64,000 nt of DNA from Hypanus sabinus (lineage: Eukaryota): NCBI RefSeq assembly GCF_030144855.1, contig NC_082726.1, forward strand, positions 47,368,001 to 47,432,000. Reading direction: 5' to 3'. The notes under the pieces were generated by a model. The model did no database searches. It was given only the letters and a program-made list of their open reading frames with translations, and had not been told where the DNA came from. How positions within the stretch are numbered: the first letter of the stretch is position 1; each line of letters begins with the position of its first letter. The translations under genes and the position numbers were made by a program. Shown piece by piece: positions 10,701 through 23,414 of the stretch.

Positions 10701-10964
10701 AGAAAGGAATCATTGACATTTCTGGCCAAAAGCTTGCATCAGCCCTGCTTCGTTGTCAATTCCTTTCATCCTACAGGTACTGCTCGACTTGTTGAGTTCC
10801 TCCAGCAGAATGTTTGTTGCTAAAAGTTCGTGGACTCCCTGCCAGAGTTCACTTCCCACTATGGCAGTTGGGGAACTTAAATTCAGTCATCAATATGGAG
10901 CTCTTCAGAAAAACAAACCAACCGTCAGTTGTAATAACCACAGTAGCAACTGGATAATTGTAAA

Positions 10965-11340
10965 GATCCACACAAAATTCTGGAGGATCTCAGCAAGTCG
11001 GGCAGCATCTATGCAGTGAAGTAAACAATTACCATTTCAGGCCAAGGGCCTTCATCAGGACTGAAAAGGATGGAGCCAGAGGCCAGTATAAGAAGGTGGG
11101 GGAGAAGGAGTTGAACAAGATGGCAAGTGAGGGGGAAGGTGGGTGAGAAGAAGAAGAGGGGAGGTTACCACCTGACAGCTCGCACTCCTGCCCCTCCCCC
11201 TACATTCTCATTGGGCTTCTCCCACCTTCCTTTTCAGTCCTGATGAAGGGTCTTAGCCTGAAATGCTGATTATTTATTGCCATCCATAGATGTTGCCTGA
11301 CCAGCTGAATTCCTCCAGGGGTGTGTGTGTGTGTGCCCTC
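10965..11340. mobile_element. Older inverted Penelope-end pair
   Basis: CCTTCATCAGGACTG (about 11049) and CAGTCCTGATGAAGG (about 11236) are in inverted orientation and share terminal sequence with 35526-36697. Similar short pairs occur near 10050-10330, 10650-10820, 15215-15405 and 57955-58130. Confidence 0.65.
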
Positions 11341-13120
11341 AATAGCCTCTGCAATTCCTTCCTTGTACCTCTTTTTCCTCCTCTAAGATACACTCTCCAA
11401 ATCCTTCCTCTCTATCCAAGCTGTGACCGCTTTTGTGTGATTCAGTGTCTGAGAGGTGGGGCTGAGAGCATTACGGAGTCTGTAGGCTTTGTATGAAGAC
11501 AGACCCATGAGGAGTATTAATGGCAATGTGTAAATAATTGGAGACAACACACTAGAATCATTGGGTATATTTGAAGCAGAGCTTAATAAGTTTTTGATTA
11601 GTAAGAGCGTCAAAGGTTACTGAGGTATGGGGGTGAGAGGGAAAATAAATCAGCCACAATTGAATGGCAGAGTCGACTCGATGGACCAAATGACCTAATT
11701 CTGCTCCTATGTCTTGTGGTCTTGAGATGGAATCTGGAGTAGTAAACAAAATGCTGGAAGAAGTCGACAAGTTTGGCAATATCTGTGGAGAGAAATGGAC
11801 TGAGGTCCAAATGAGGAGTCTCAACCTAAAATATCAACTGTCCAGTTCTCCCTACAGATGCACCAGCAATTTGTTTGTTGTACATATATCTAAATCCTTG
11901 TTCATCACTGCAGGTAACAATTGGCCTTTCACACAGAATAACAGAGGAAAACGAGTGGGCTAGTCAGCCCTTATTTACACTTGTCTCCCAAGATTTTGGT
12001 ACACTCAGTAAGTTGCTCCTAACACTAGAACACTCACTCATTCACTACTGTATCTGTGACATTGTTGCACTCCCTCCATAGTGTACAGCATTCTCTCAGC
12101 CCTGCCCTTAGACACTGTAGCACTCCCTTGGTCCTGTTCCTTTAACCGTCCAATGGTGGTTCTGCCCTGTACTTACCAATCTCTGGGTAAGTAAAATGAA
12201 ATGAGCAGAACTGGAGGTGATGTTTTTGCCCTCTCGATCACATAAAATGATCTGAACTTTCTCCTTCAGATTAGAGGTTGAAAGAGTCTTGATGACTTCA
12301 CCCCAAACAAATAACTCTTATCCCATGTTCCAGATTTCATTATAAGTATTTACAAGCTCCAGAGCATGATTGTAATCTGCTGGATTCTATAAAAAATACG
12401 AACTTTAAGCAGAACATAAAACAAAAGTAAAGCTGCATGATGATATTTACCTAATTTTGTAGCAGCAAAGACTAAAATAGGCTTTTTGAATTCTTTATTT
12501 CCTTGCTGTGACCAGCAAGCATTTATAACTGAGGCCAGCCACTTTCCTGGCTTCCTTTCGTACTTTTGACACAGTAATTGGACATGTGCCATTGTTGACA
12601 GAAGCACTCAAATCCAAACAAATATTCATAGAATGGGTGAGTGGGCCGAAATCATGGCAAACTGATTTAGGTGTGGGCTGATGTAGAGAGTGTAAATGGA
12701 TAGAGTGGATAAAATGGATAGAGTGTTTTCTCTATCCAATGGATAAAATGGATAGAGTGTTTTCTAAATGATAAAGAGGGGAAGCAAAGGAGAGCACGGA
12801 TCACTGGTAGAAGAAAAAGTTATTAAGATAATTGGAGTGCAAGGAGATAGAAGTTATTCTCTAGATATATAGTCTTTAGAGCATACCTGGAGTATATTGA
12901 GGAGTTCTGGAAGGTTTTTGTGGCTTCAGATGAGATGCGGAGTAGAAATATCAAATGGTACTTGGATTCTAGCGGTTAAATTGAAGAGCAGTTACACTAA
13001 GAAGGCTGTACTCCTTGGAATTTAGAAGTTCAAGGGGCAATTTGGTTGAGATTTCTAAAGTACCAAGGAGTCTTGAATGAAGTGAAAATACTTAAACATG
13101 TCTGTTATATGTGGCAAATG

Positions 13121-13513
13121 CACGTCCTCCCCAGATTATGACAGGGTTCCATTCCAGAGAAGCGTTTGTAACCTGAACAGTTTGCAAGTCAGAAATGCAT
13201 CTGCCCAGCAATATATTTAAATGAAAACATCAGTCAACCAAAAAAATCATCAGCCAACCAGAAAAACATCAGCCAACCATCAGAAATGTATCTGCCCAGC
13301 AAATATATTTAAATGAAAGCATAAGTCAGCCAAGGGAAATTTGTATTTAAACCAAAGCATTTAACTTAGCCTTTGAAGTATTACTAGGAACTGAGCTCTC
13401 TCACAAGAGAAGGTACCTGCAGTAGCAATAAATCCACCCCAGCAGTCTCCCAAATACTTGCTTGTATGTATAGCTGGTACAGAAATTGGATGTTCATAAC
13501 CTGGGGGTACCTG
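13121..13513. mobile_element. Tigger/pogo-like MITE
   Basis: Imperfect TIRs CACGTCCTCCCCAGATTATGAC / GTTCATAACCTGGGGGTACCTG followed by TA; internal short direct repeats. Confidence 0.55.
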
Positions 13514-16500
13514 TATATATGTGATCGTGATGATGAGACAAGTTGGCAAACACTAGTATATGCAGGCAAAAACAAAAAAGTGCTTGAAAAACTCAGGCCT
13601 GGGAACCTTTGTTATAACTGTTTTGCTGAAATATTAATGTTTTTACTTTTTGTAGATGCTGCCTCACCTGTTAAATGGTGGACTAGGTTGTGGATAGATT
13701 TTTGTATAGCAGGGAGCTCGAGGGGTACGGGAAAAAGGCAGGTGGTTGGGGTTGAGTGCATAGCCATGATCTTTTTGAATGTTGGAGCAAACTCAGTAAG
13801 CCAGATACCCTACTTCTACCCTACCCTAATTCCACCAATCACCTCCCAGCTTCTTACTTCACCCACCCATTTGGCTTCACTTAATTTCTTCTGGCTTTCA
13901 CTCACTCACTCTCCCTCCCCACACCTTATTCTGGCTTCTTCCCATTTCCTTTCCTGTCTTGATGAAGCGTCTTGGCCCAAAACATCGACTCTTTATTCAT
14001 TCATAGATGCTGCATCCCCTGCTGAGTTCCTCCAGCATTTTGTCTGTGTTGCTCTGGATTTCCAGCATTTGCAGAGCCCCTTGTGCTTGACTCTTTATGG
14101 AACCTTTCTTATGATGAAGTATGTTACGGTCGATCGAGTGCCATTCCCACCCTGCATATATCAAATTTCTACAGACGTACCACTGACTGGTTGCATCGCC
14201 ATCTGGTGCGGAGGCTCCAAAGCACGGGATCAAAAGAGGCTGCAGAGGGTTGCAAGACTTGGCCCAACTCCAACATGGGCTCAACCGTCCTCACTGTTGA
14301 GGACATCTTCAAAAGGATACGTTTCAAGAAGGTGGCATCCTTCAGTAAAAGCCCTCACCATCTGAGACATGCCCTCTTTTCAGTGCTACCATCAGGGAGA
14401 AGGTACTGGAGGCTGAGGACATGTACCCAGCATTTTAGGAATAGATTCTCTCATGTGTGTCTTTGATGAGAGTTGGCTAAGATACAGCAAGCAGTTCACA
14501 CTTTCTAAGGTCTTGACTTAACCCTTTATTTACAGAGGGCCCTGGTGGGTCTGTTTGATTGGCGTCGTGTAAGGCCCATTCTCTCGCACGTTACAATGAA
14601 TAAATCAACATGCCTTGAGCTCGGTCTTCGAATGTGTACTCGCACGTCATCTCTTCACCGCAGCTCTGTGACGGGGTCGGGCCCAGCTTGGGCCTAGAGT
14701 GGAGGCACTGCAGGTTGAACTGTATACCATATATCATTTGCTCACTTGAACCTGGTTTGGAGCTGAGGTCTGGGACACTTGTTAGGGTGTCAGGATTGGA
14801 AGCAGGTACTCTTCAGCCCGAAGAATAAAGAGATAGTTTGTATTGATCCACTGTCGGATACACTGTAAACTCCAGCAAACAGCAGTGTAACAGAATCAGA
14901 AAACTTGATTGCAAGTATTGCCCAGTATATCAGAGTGAATTCTCCTGCTGTTGAAAAAGCATGTCTCTTTCCTCAGAGACAGTGGGGTTACAGGTTAATA
15001 CTTCATTTGAAAGGTGGCAGGCTGATGTGCTGCAGTAGTGTAAATCTAGGTTTTTGATGGTACTCTTCATCTGAATCACCTCTGAGAAGCTCATCAGTCA
15101 TTTTATTGTCCTTCCTTCCTGATCAATATTATCCTTCCTGATACCATATCCAACTCTACAATCGTGTCCCAAGTGAGTGAACCACAGGAGTCAAGCCAAC
15201 ATTATTGTCAACAGACACCAGAGATTCTGCAGATGCTGAAAAGCTTGAGCAACACGCACAAAGTGCTGGAGGAATTCAGCAGGTCAGGTAGCATCTATGT
15301 AGGGAAATAAACAGTTGATACCTCAGCCCAAAATGTCAATGGTTTAAATCCCTTCATAGACGCAACCTGACTTGCTGAGTTCCTCCAGCATTTTCTGTGT
15401 GTTGCTGACTTTATTGTCGGGTATGGCGAGGTACAGACGCAGCAAAAAGCTTGCTTGCATGTAGGAACAGACAATATATTATGAGACATTGAAGAGACAG
15501 ACTGTGTTCTTTGGAATCTATTGCAAAATATCATAACCATGATGATTTTTATTACAATTGTGTTGTCTGGAAGCTGCCTTATTGATTGCCACTGAAAAGG
15601 TGAAGCTTTGAAGTTTTAAGTATCCTCATTGTTTCAAGTTCGTGCATCTTTAATTTCCAGGTTGTAGCTGCAGGTGTGCCCCTTGAGCATTGACTCCTGT
15701 CCCGTGGGGTGGGGGAAGAAAATAAGTGAATGCAGCGCTCTGCCTGTGAGAGCAAATGAGGTGGCGCATCCAATATCTCCAGGACAATTGATTTTCATGG
15801 CTCGTGCTTTCTTTGTGATCAAGCACATTCATTAAGAGAGACATTTATTAGGTGGTCATAAAATTAGTACATTTTCTGGGAATTTAATAAGCTCAAGTGC
15901 CTCATTTTGTCAGCAATTCATGACCACCATTTATGTCAGTTACTATTCATTAAAAGGCCATCATTATTTATATTCACTGCGCGACTGTGCACAATGTCCC
16001 TGCACTTTGACCGGTCTCACTTGGTTAGTAGATTATGACCTGCTCGGGTTGCACTGTTTGGTACTTACATCTTTGAGAGCTCCTTTGTCAAACAGGAAGC
16101 TTTCTACTCTTCATATATTTGACTGGGGCTCAAGTGGGTGAAGGCACCCAAAATTAGACTTGTCAAGAGCATGGATAACGATTAAAACAAAGTTATAGAA
16201 TTGTGATGCATTGTCACCTGTGTTTCATTGGGTATAATTTTTACCTCCTGGGTCAAAAGGTTGTGGATTCAGTTCAAGCCCACTCTAGGTTCTTGGGCAC
16301 AAAAAAAGCCTAGTTTCATGCTCTGCTGTTGTGCTGAGGAGATGCGGTCAGAGGCTCTATCTTGTGAATAAGATGTCAATGGCAACCCTTGCTGAGTACC
16401 TTGGCAACATGTACAAAATGCTGCTTGCTGGTCGATCTAAAATGTCAATTGCCCCTTTCCCTCCACAGATGCTGCCTGACCACCTGTGTTCTTCTAGCAT

Positions 16501-16999
16501 TGTGTGTCTTTCCTGATTCTAGCATCTGCAGTCTTGTGTGCCTCCATTCTCTGAGCCTTGCATGTTTTGTAGAGATTATTTCTTGCTCATCTAATCTTTA
16601 GTGATCAATTTAATTACATCTTTGCTCATTGGAAAACTCATTACCCTGGTAATCAATCCAGTGAGCCTATGCAGCACTTTCCCCAAGGCAAGTCTATTGG
16701 CGATTTTGTTCTCCATATCTGTACACAGTGCCAGGCATAGTTTCAACACTTGTCCATTCAGCCCTACCCCTTAACAACCTCCTCTATTTCAACATTTATA
16801 TGGGCTGATAAATATTTACCTCACAATCAACAGCTATAAAGGATTAAATTTTGTATTGGGTTTTGCCCTTATTTGCCTTTTCAAGGGGGAGGTGACTTTG
16901 GTGAGAAGGCGGGAGGTGAGGGAGAGTTGGGGGATTGGAGACAGTGAAATAGAGGGGTAGTAGAGGGATGATTAACTGTTAGATAGTGTGGTCACTGGA

Positions 17000-17530
17000 A
17001 TATTGGGAGTACTGTGAGCAGTTTTGGGCCACATATCTAAGAAAGGATGTCCTGACATTGGAGGAGGTCATTATGGGAATGATCGTGAGAATGGAAGGGT
17101 TAATGTACATGGAGCTTTGTGCCTGTACTCGCTGGAGTTTAGAAGAATGAGGGGGAATCCCTTTGAAATCTACTGAATATTGAAAGACCTAGATAGAGTG
17201 GACATGGAGAGGATGTTTTCAATAATGGGAGAGAATAGGGCCAGAGGGCACAGCCTCAGAATAGAATGACATTCCTTTAGAACAGAGATAAGCAGGAATT
17301 TCTTTAGAAAGAGGGTGGTGAATCTGTGGAATTCATTGTGGAATTTGTGGATTCCATCAATGGGTACATTTGAAGTGCAGGTTGATAGCTTCTTGATTAG
17401 TAAGATCAAAGGATACAGGGCAAAGGCAGGAGAATGGGGTTGAGAGGGGAAATTAATCAGCCATGATTGAATGGTGGAGCAGACTGTAGGACTGAATATC
17501 CTTATACTGCTCCTGTGTCTGACAGTCTTA
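17000..17530 (+). mobile_element. Degenerate CR1 LINE 3' fragment
   Basis: Nucleotide similarity to 47340-47990 (GAGGGTGGTGAATCTGTGGAATTC, GGCAGGAGAATGGGGTTGAGAGGG). Confidence 0.8.
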
Positions 17531-17749
17531 TGTTTTTGTAATTGTTTTACAGAGTCGATAAGAAGAAGATGTAATTGGTACAAAGTTGTCTGAGATTTGT
17601 AAAGTGTAGTGTTATTAAAAGTCAATCATATTATCATTCACAGGGGCTGAAGGTATGAGGTCCCAGATGTTATACATCTTTAAAATTTGGGATAAAATTC
17701 TACCAAATGGAAAACTAGAAGCTTATTCTGAAATTATCACAAGAGCTTA

Positions 17750-18190
17750 AGAAATATGAGCAAGAGTTGGCTAATGTCCCATCGAGCCTACCCCACTATA
17801 CCCCGCAATAAGATCATAGCTGATCTGGCCATGGATTCAGCTCCGCCTACATGGCTTTTCCTCATAATTCTTCATTCCTTTACTGTGTGATACTCTATCT
17901 AACTGTGTTTTAAGTACAGTATATTTAATGAACTAGCTTTTACTGCTTTCCAGCACAGAGAATTCCACAGATTCGTGACTTTCTGGGAAAAGCAGTTTCT
18001 CATCATCTCTGACATAAATCTGTTCTCCTGAACCTCAAGGCTACATCCCCTAGTTCTATCTCATTTATCAGTAGAAGCAACTTTGCTGCTTCTAACTTAT
18101 CTATCCTATTCATAATTTTATGTAATTCTATAAGATCCCTCTTATTCTTCTGAATCCCGGCAAGTACAGTCCCAGGCGCCTCAACCTCTC
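17750..18190 (-). mobile_element. Degenerate CR1 LINE 3' fragment
   Basis: Reverse complement of the CR1 end (GAATTCCACAGATTC; DLIELHKIMNRIDK peptide). Confidence 0.7.
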
Positions 18191-21100
18191 CTCTAACAGT
18201 TAGATTCATTTTTTCCCAAAGGCCTGCAATTTATTCATTCAAAGTGTCTATTCATTTCCCTTATGAGGTCCTTGCCCTTTTGGATAGTGAATTTGAGATA
18301 ACAAATTAAAAGTCACATTCCCCTTTGATGCTTTGCCAAATCGAAAGCCCTTGAACCATCTGCCAGCAGGAACAGCTTTCCTCCATTCACTGTACCTAAA
18401 CCTATCGTGATATTGTACACGGCACCACTATTAATTTGCCTCTCTGTCTTATTTATTCCAAGGTCAACAAAATCAACTTCTCTAAACCATTACTCCAAAT
18501 CCCTGATTCCTGGAATCGTGATAGCAGATGTCTTTTGCATGTATTCTTGGGCTCTTTATCTCTGAAATGAGATGGTCAGGACAGAATGCAATTTTATTTG
18601 GGCAGAGAAGGGGTTAGGGAAATAGATGGAGGACAGGCCTGGATAGAAAATAATCATGAATGTTGATTGTGCTTTGCACATCGAATGTGTTAACTTGAAC
18701 CCACTATGAATTCATAGACCAGATAACACTGGGAATGTAATAACATCCATATACTGTTTTTGTATGCTATTTATTTCTATAAATGACTTCAGTTTTGAAG
18801 TAAAAGAATAGTCACAGTGAGTAATGAGAGACTGACAATGCAAAATAACAGAAGTGGCAACTTCCCTGCTATGGGGAACTCTGATGATGCCTGTAGCAAC
18901 TGTAAAATGTCCCAGACCAGTTCCTAGGAGGGTAATCAGACATGGGTAGAGACCAAGCCAAGGAAAAGTGGTCAGGCAGGCAGTGTTCTGATTCTGTGCT
19001 GTACTATTCGAAAATCCTGGTCAAACGTCTGCTGCTTTCCGGATAAACTCCAGCCTCCTGCTGTTCAGACTCCAGGTTAATCTCCTCTAAAAGAAAGACT
19101 TGCATTTTTGTAGCATCTTTATCAGGCTCTTGCCATCAGTTCAGCCACTGAGCAACTTTTCAATTGTGAGTTGTTTACAAACCACAGCTTTTACTCAGCA
19201 AGCTCTCTGAAACAGCAGACATAACAATAACCAGATTCAGGACACCCCTCAGTTTACAGTCCGTACATATGTGCAAGGACTGGTGAGGCTGGTGGGATGG
19301 ATTTACTGGTGTATGTGGGGCTGCAGACATCAGTTGCCATGTGGGAATGGATGATGGCAATATATGTTGCAGAGAAATCTGAATGTTTGAGTTAACTACA
19401 CCTTGTCCTCTGTTGACCTATGTCTTTTGGTAAATCTCTTGCCTGGCAGATATACAACTTGTGAATTGTATGGATTTCAAACAGTTCTTAGGAACCCTGT
19501 CATAATCTACAGAGGATTTGTAATTTGGTTGAAGAATAAATATTGGGTGGGATTTCAACAGACTCCCATTTTGAAATTGGGCCCAAGGATCCTTGGCATG
19601 CACAGTATTTGGAAGCAGACACAATTTCAGTTTAATGTCTCATCCAGAAGATAGCACTGCCTGCATTTCAATATTCTCTCAATGACATCAACATGGATTT
19701 TGGTGCTCAGGTCTCCGGAGAGGGAGTTAAATCTGGACAACCTCGAAAATGGGTTAACAGCTGTGCTAGAAGCTATGTCAAGTGGGGCTGGTATTTGTGC
19801 ACCTCATGGGGATACCCATCCCTGGTCAATCAAGCAACAATCATGCTTGATCTGGTGAGCTTCATATGGAAGCTGTTTTCCCACACTAATCCCAAGAATC
19901 TGCTTCTTCCCAAGGTCAGCAAAGTCTTGCCGTTAGACGCAATCAACACATTCTCCCCAACTCCCAATCCAGTCCCTCTGATCGCATGCCCTTCAAATGA
20001 AGCGCACGAGTCATCCCTCAACTGCACTTTTGTTTCCCCCGCTACAGCAGTCTTGCTGATGATAATATGCTGACCTTAGCATCTGTAAGGAGGTAATTAA
20101 TAATCGGTGATTTTTCAGAGTAGCATATGGCCTGAGAGACGGATTGCACACACACACAGAAGTAGGAGCAAATCTAGAATAAAAACCAGCTGTCAGAAGC
20201 TGGTGCAGCTGCAGGTGAGAGCCTTTGCTTCAAAATACAAGCTGCCTTTCAGAAATATTTTTATATAATGTTGAAGGAGACTATTTGGCCCACTGACTCT
20301 CATCTATCCCATTTCCTCTACTAATTTTCCCTGAAACTTATGCTCCACACCTTCCAATTAATACCCCTCGAATTCCATTTACCAATAAGCAGGGACAATT
20401 TGGTGTCTCTAATTAAGCTACTTGCGAACATCAAAGTAAATTTATCATCAAAGTACACGTATGTCACCATATACAATCCTGAAGTTCATTTTCTTGCAAG
20501 CATTCACAGGAAAGACAATGAAGTACAATAGAATTTATGAAAAGCTATTCGTTAAACCAAGGCTGATAAACAACCAATCTGCAAAAGAAGACAAATTGTG
20601 CAATAAACAGATAAATGAATAGATAGATAACTAACACTGGGAACATGAGTTGTAGAGTGCCTGAAAGTGAGTCTATAGGTTGTGGAATCAGTTCAGAGTT
20701 AAGGTGAGTGAAATGATTCACGCTGGTTCAGGAGCCTGATGGTTGTCGATTAATAACTGTTCCGAACCTGGTGGTGTGGGATCTCAGGCTCCTCTAGCTC
20801 CTCTCCAATGGTAGTAACGAGAAGAGAGCAAGGCCCAGATGGTGAATATTTTCGTGCAGCAAGGTTTGTGAAACCTGGTTGTAAATAATCATCTTTTTTT
20901 TCTCCAATCCTGCTAAAGGGTCACAGCCCAAAACGTCGACGGTATAGATGCTGCCTGGCCTGCTGAGTTTCCCCAGCATTTTGTGCGTGCTACTTGGATT
21001 TCCAGCATCTGTAGATTTTTTCTTGTTTGTAATTTATGTTGCTCGGTTTTGCTTTGTAGGAGGTGATGGTATTCAAGCTCTTCAACAGCTGTCGAGTATC

Positions 21101-23195
21101 CTTCTGTGACTCAAGTTGATTACAGAATTGCCACTTTGTGTGTGAGATGGCTTTCCAAAGGTCATGTCTAGACCTCTTGTACTTTGCACATGTCGTGCCA
21201 AGTGGGAGGATACTTGCACAGTCACAGGGAGAATGTGCAATTATGCAGACAGCAGCAGAAATCAGGATTGAACCTGGTTTACCAACTGCCCTGCAGTGCT
21301 GTCTTGTATATGACTAAAGTCACAACAATAGACTCAGTGGAAGGAGGGCTGACTGATCAAGTGGAGACCTGGAACAAAAGGCCCAGGCATCATCCCTGAA
21401 GAAGATAGCAAACTTTATTATCAAAACATCTATTATATTCGATCCCTGTGCCCAGCTGAAGCCTGAGTAGAATTTATTCATTATATATGCTGGGAAAGCA
21501 CTAGATCCTTTTTTCAAAAGGCCCTCAATTGAATGGAAGATGTTTAAGGCATAGCCAAAGTATAGGGAATGTGAGTCTGAAAGTGCTTGGGTTTGAATCC
21601 AAGAGCACATAAGGATGGAGTAGTACTGAATGGAAATCAGAGCATTAGTTGGTTTTGATTGCAGGAAGTTTATGTCTGCGAAATTGATTGCCATCAGCGT
21701 ATTCTTGGTGAAGCACCAAGTTTTGTGGTTGGGGAATGTTGAATCATTCAAGAACGCATGAGTAGAAAGAGAAGGGAATGGAGTTATTCTTTTGTTTTTC
21801 ATTGCACTTTTGGAACTTTGGCATGTCTACTTTTCTTGCCCATTGCTAAATGCCCTTGGAGAGATATGTTTGGCTTTTTCAAAGAGAGTCTAAAAGTCAA
21901 TCAGGTTCTTGTGGGTGCATTCACACATGGAAGCAGTTTCCAGCTTGTAATCCTTTCCTTTCCCTCCCCTCTTATTCTGCCTTTTCTCCTCTTCCTTTCC
22001 AGTCTTGATGCAGAGTCTCGACTCAAAACGTTGACTCTATTCCTGACCTGCTGAGGTCCACCAGCATTTTGTGTGCTTACTTTATAAAGAAAAGTGTTTT
22101 CTTTAATTAACTCGTGTTTTGTGATGTGAGGGTCAGCAACGATTATCTACCCCTAATTGCCCTTCAGAAGGGGGTGATGAGCTTTAAGCCACTACAGCAC
22201 TTCTGGAGGAGGTACTCCCACTGGGTTGTTGGGTAGAAGGTTAAGCATTTGAACCCACAGATGGTGACAAGTGGGTGAAGAATGTTCCACTCAAGAGGCA
22301 CAGTACACTACCCCGGGACTTTTTTTCTGTAGGTGGCAGATGGATTATAGTGTGGCTAATCAGACTTGTCAGACACTGAAGGTTTCAAACATTCTCGGAC
22401 AAGTTGTTGGTTTCCAGACTCTCTTTTGGGAAACCACAGTGGTGCCTGCCGTTATTTTCACATTGGACATCCTTGAGCTGGACTGTGTTCTGTCAGAGTT
22501 ATCAAAACAAACACTTATGGCTTTAGAACCTATTTTGACATAAGATCACTATGGTAGGGGTGGAAATAAGGAAATTTCTCAGCATATGGTTATTATCTGA
22601 GAGGCAAACGAATCACTGAAGGGTTGAGGCTGACCAGAGTTCACTATGTGACTCTCTGAGAGTACAATGGGTGGAAAGAAATATTCTTAGCAGTGTCTAA
22701 ATTCAAAGCAAGTCCTGACCCTGATCCACTGACTTGATATTTAACTAAGTGTAAGGGGGATTTTTGCTAAAGGTGAACCTTAATCTTTACGTCCCTTTCA
22801 TTCTCCCTGGGGTTGGTCCTGTCAGCACATTCTTCCATCTCCCAGACCTGATGCTTTGGGAAAACGGCCAGAAAGAGATATTCTAGCACAGGGAAACGAA
22901 AACTTTTTGGCCGTCACATTCTTGTCAACCATCATGTACCAACCTACACTCATCCCAGTTGCCAGCACTTGATCCACACCCTTCAATGCCCTGATGATTC
23001 AAGTGCATGTGCAGATCCCTTGTAGATGTTGTGACGGTACCTGCCTGCTCCACCTTTTCCAACGGTGCAAGCCAGATTACAAATATGTTTTGGGTGGATT
23101 CTTTCCCTGCATATCCCCCCTTATTCCTTAAACCTAAGTCCTCGGTTTAGATATTATATCGCTACTCTGGGAAAATGTTGGTCACACTACAGGAG

Positions 23196-23414
23196 TGATA
23201 TTTTGTTACTTCACAGCATTAGACCAATTCAAAGAAAGCCATGGGAGTCCAGGAATGTGGGTCTAACTTTGAGTTTACCTTAAGTGAGGCAAGCACGCAT
23301 CACTTGGTACAATTATACATGTAACCCATAATGAATTATTTAAATGAATAGGAATGCTTGATCAAATTATATATAAAATTACTCAAATATTACTGAAATA
23401 TTAAATACACAACA
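23196..23414. mobile_element. Old solo-LTR-like repeat
   Basis: TG...AACA ends. Diverged reverse-complement homology to 44881-45490. Confidence 0.55.

Noticed and set aside
13466-14365. 299-aa ORF
   Set aside because: Chance read-through across MITE, CR1, Penelope-end and Rex-type fragments; no coherent domain.
14464-14595. Possible solo LTR (TG...CA, minus-strand AATAAA)
   Set aside because: No TSD and no second copy in the window.
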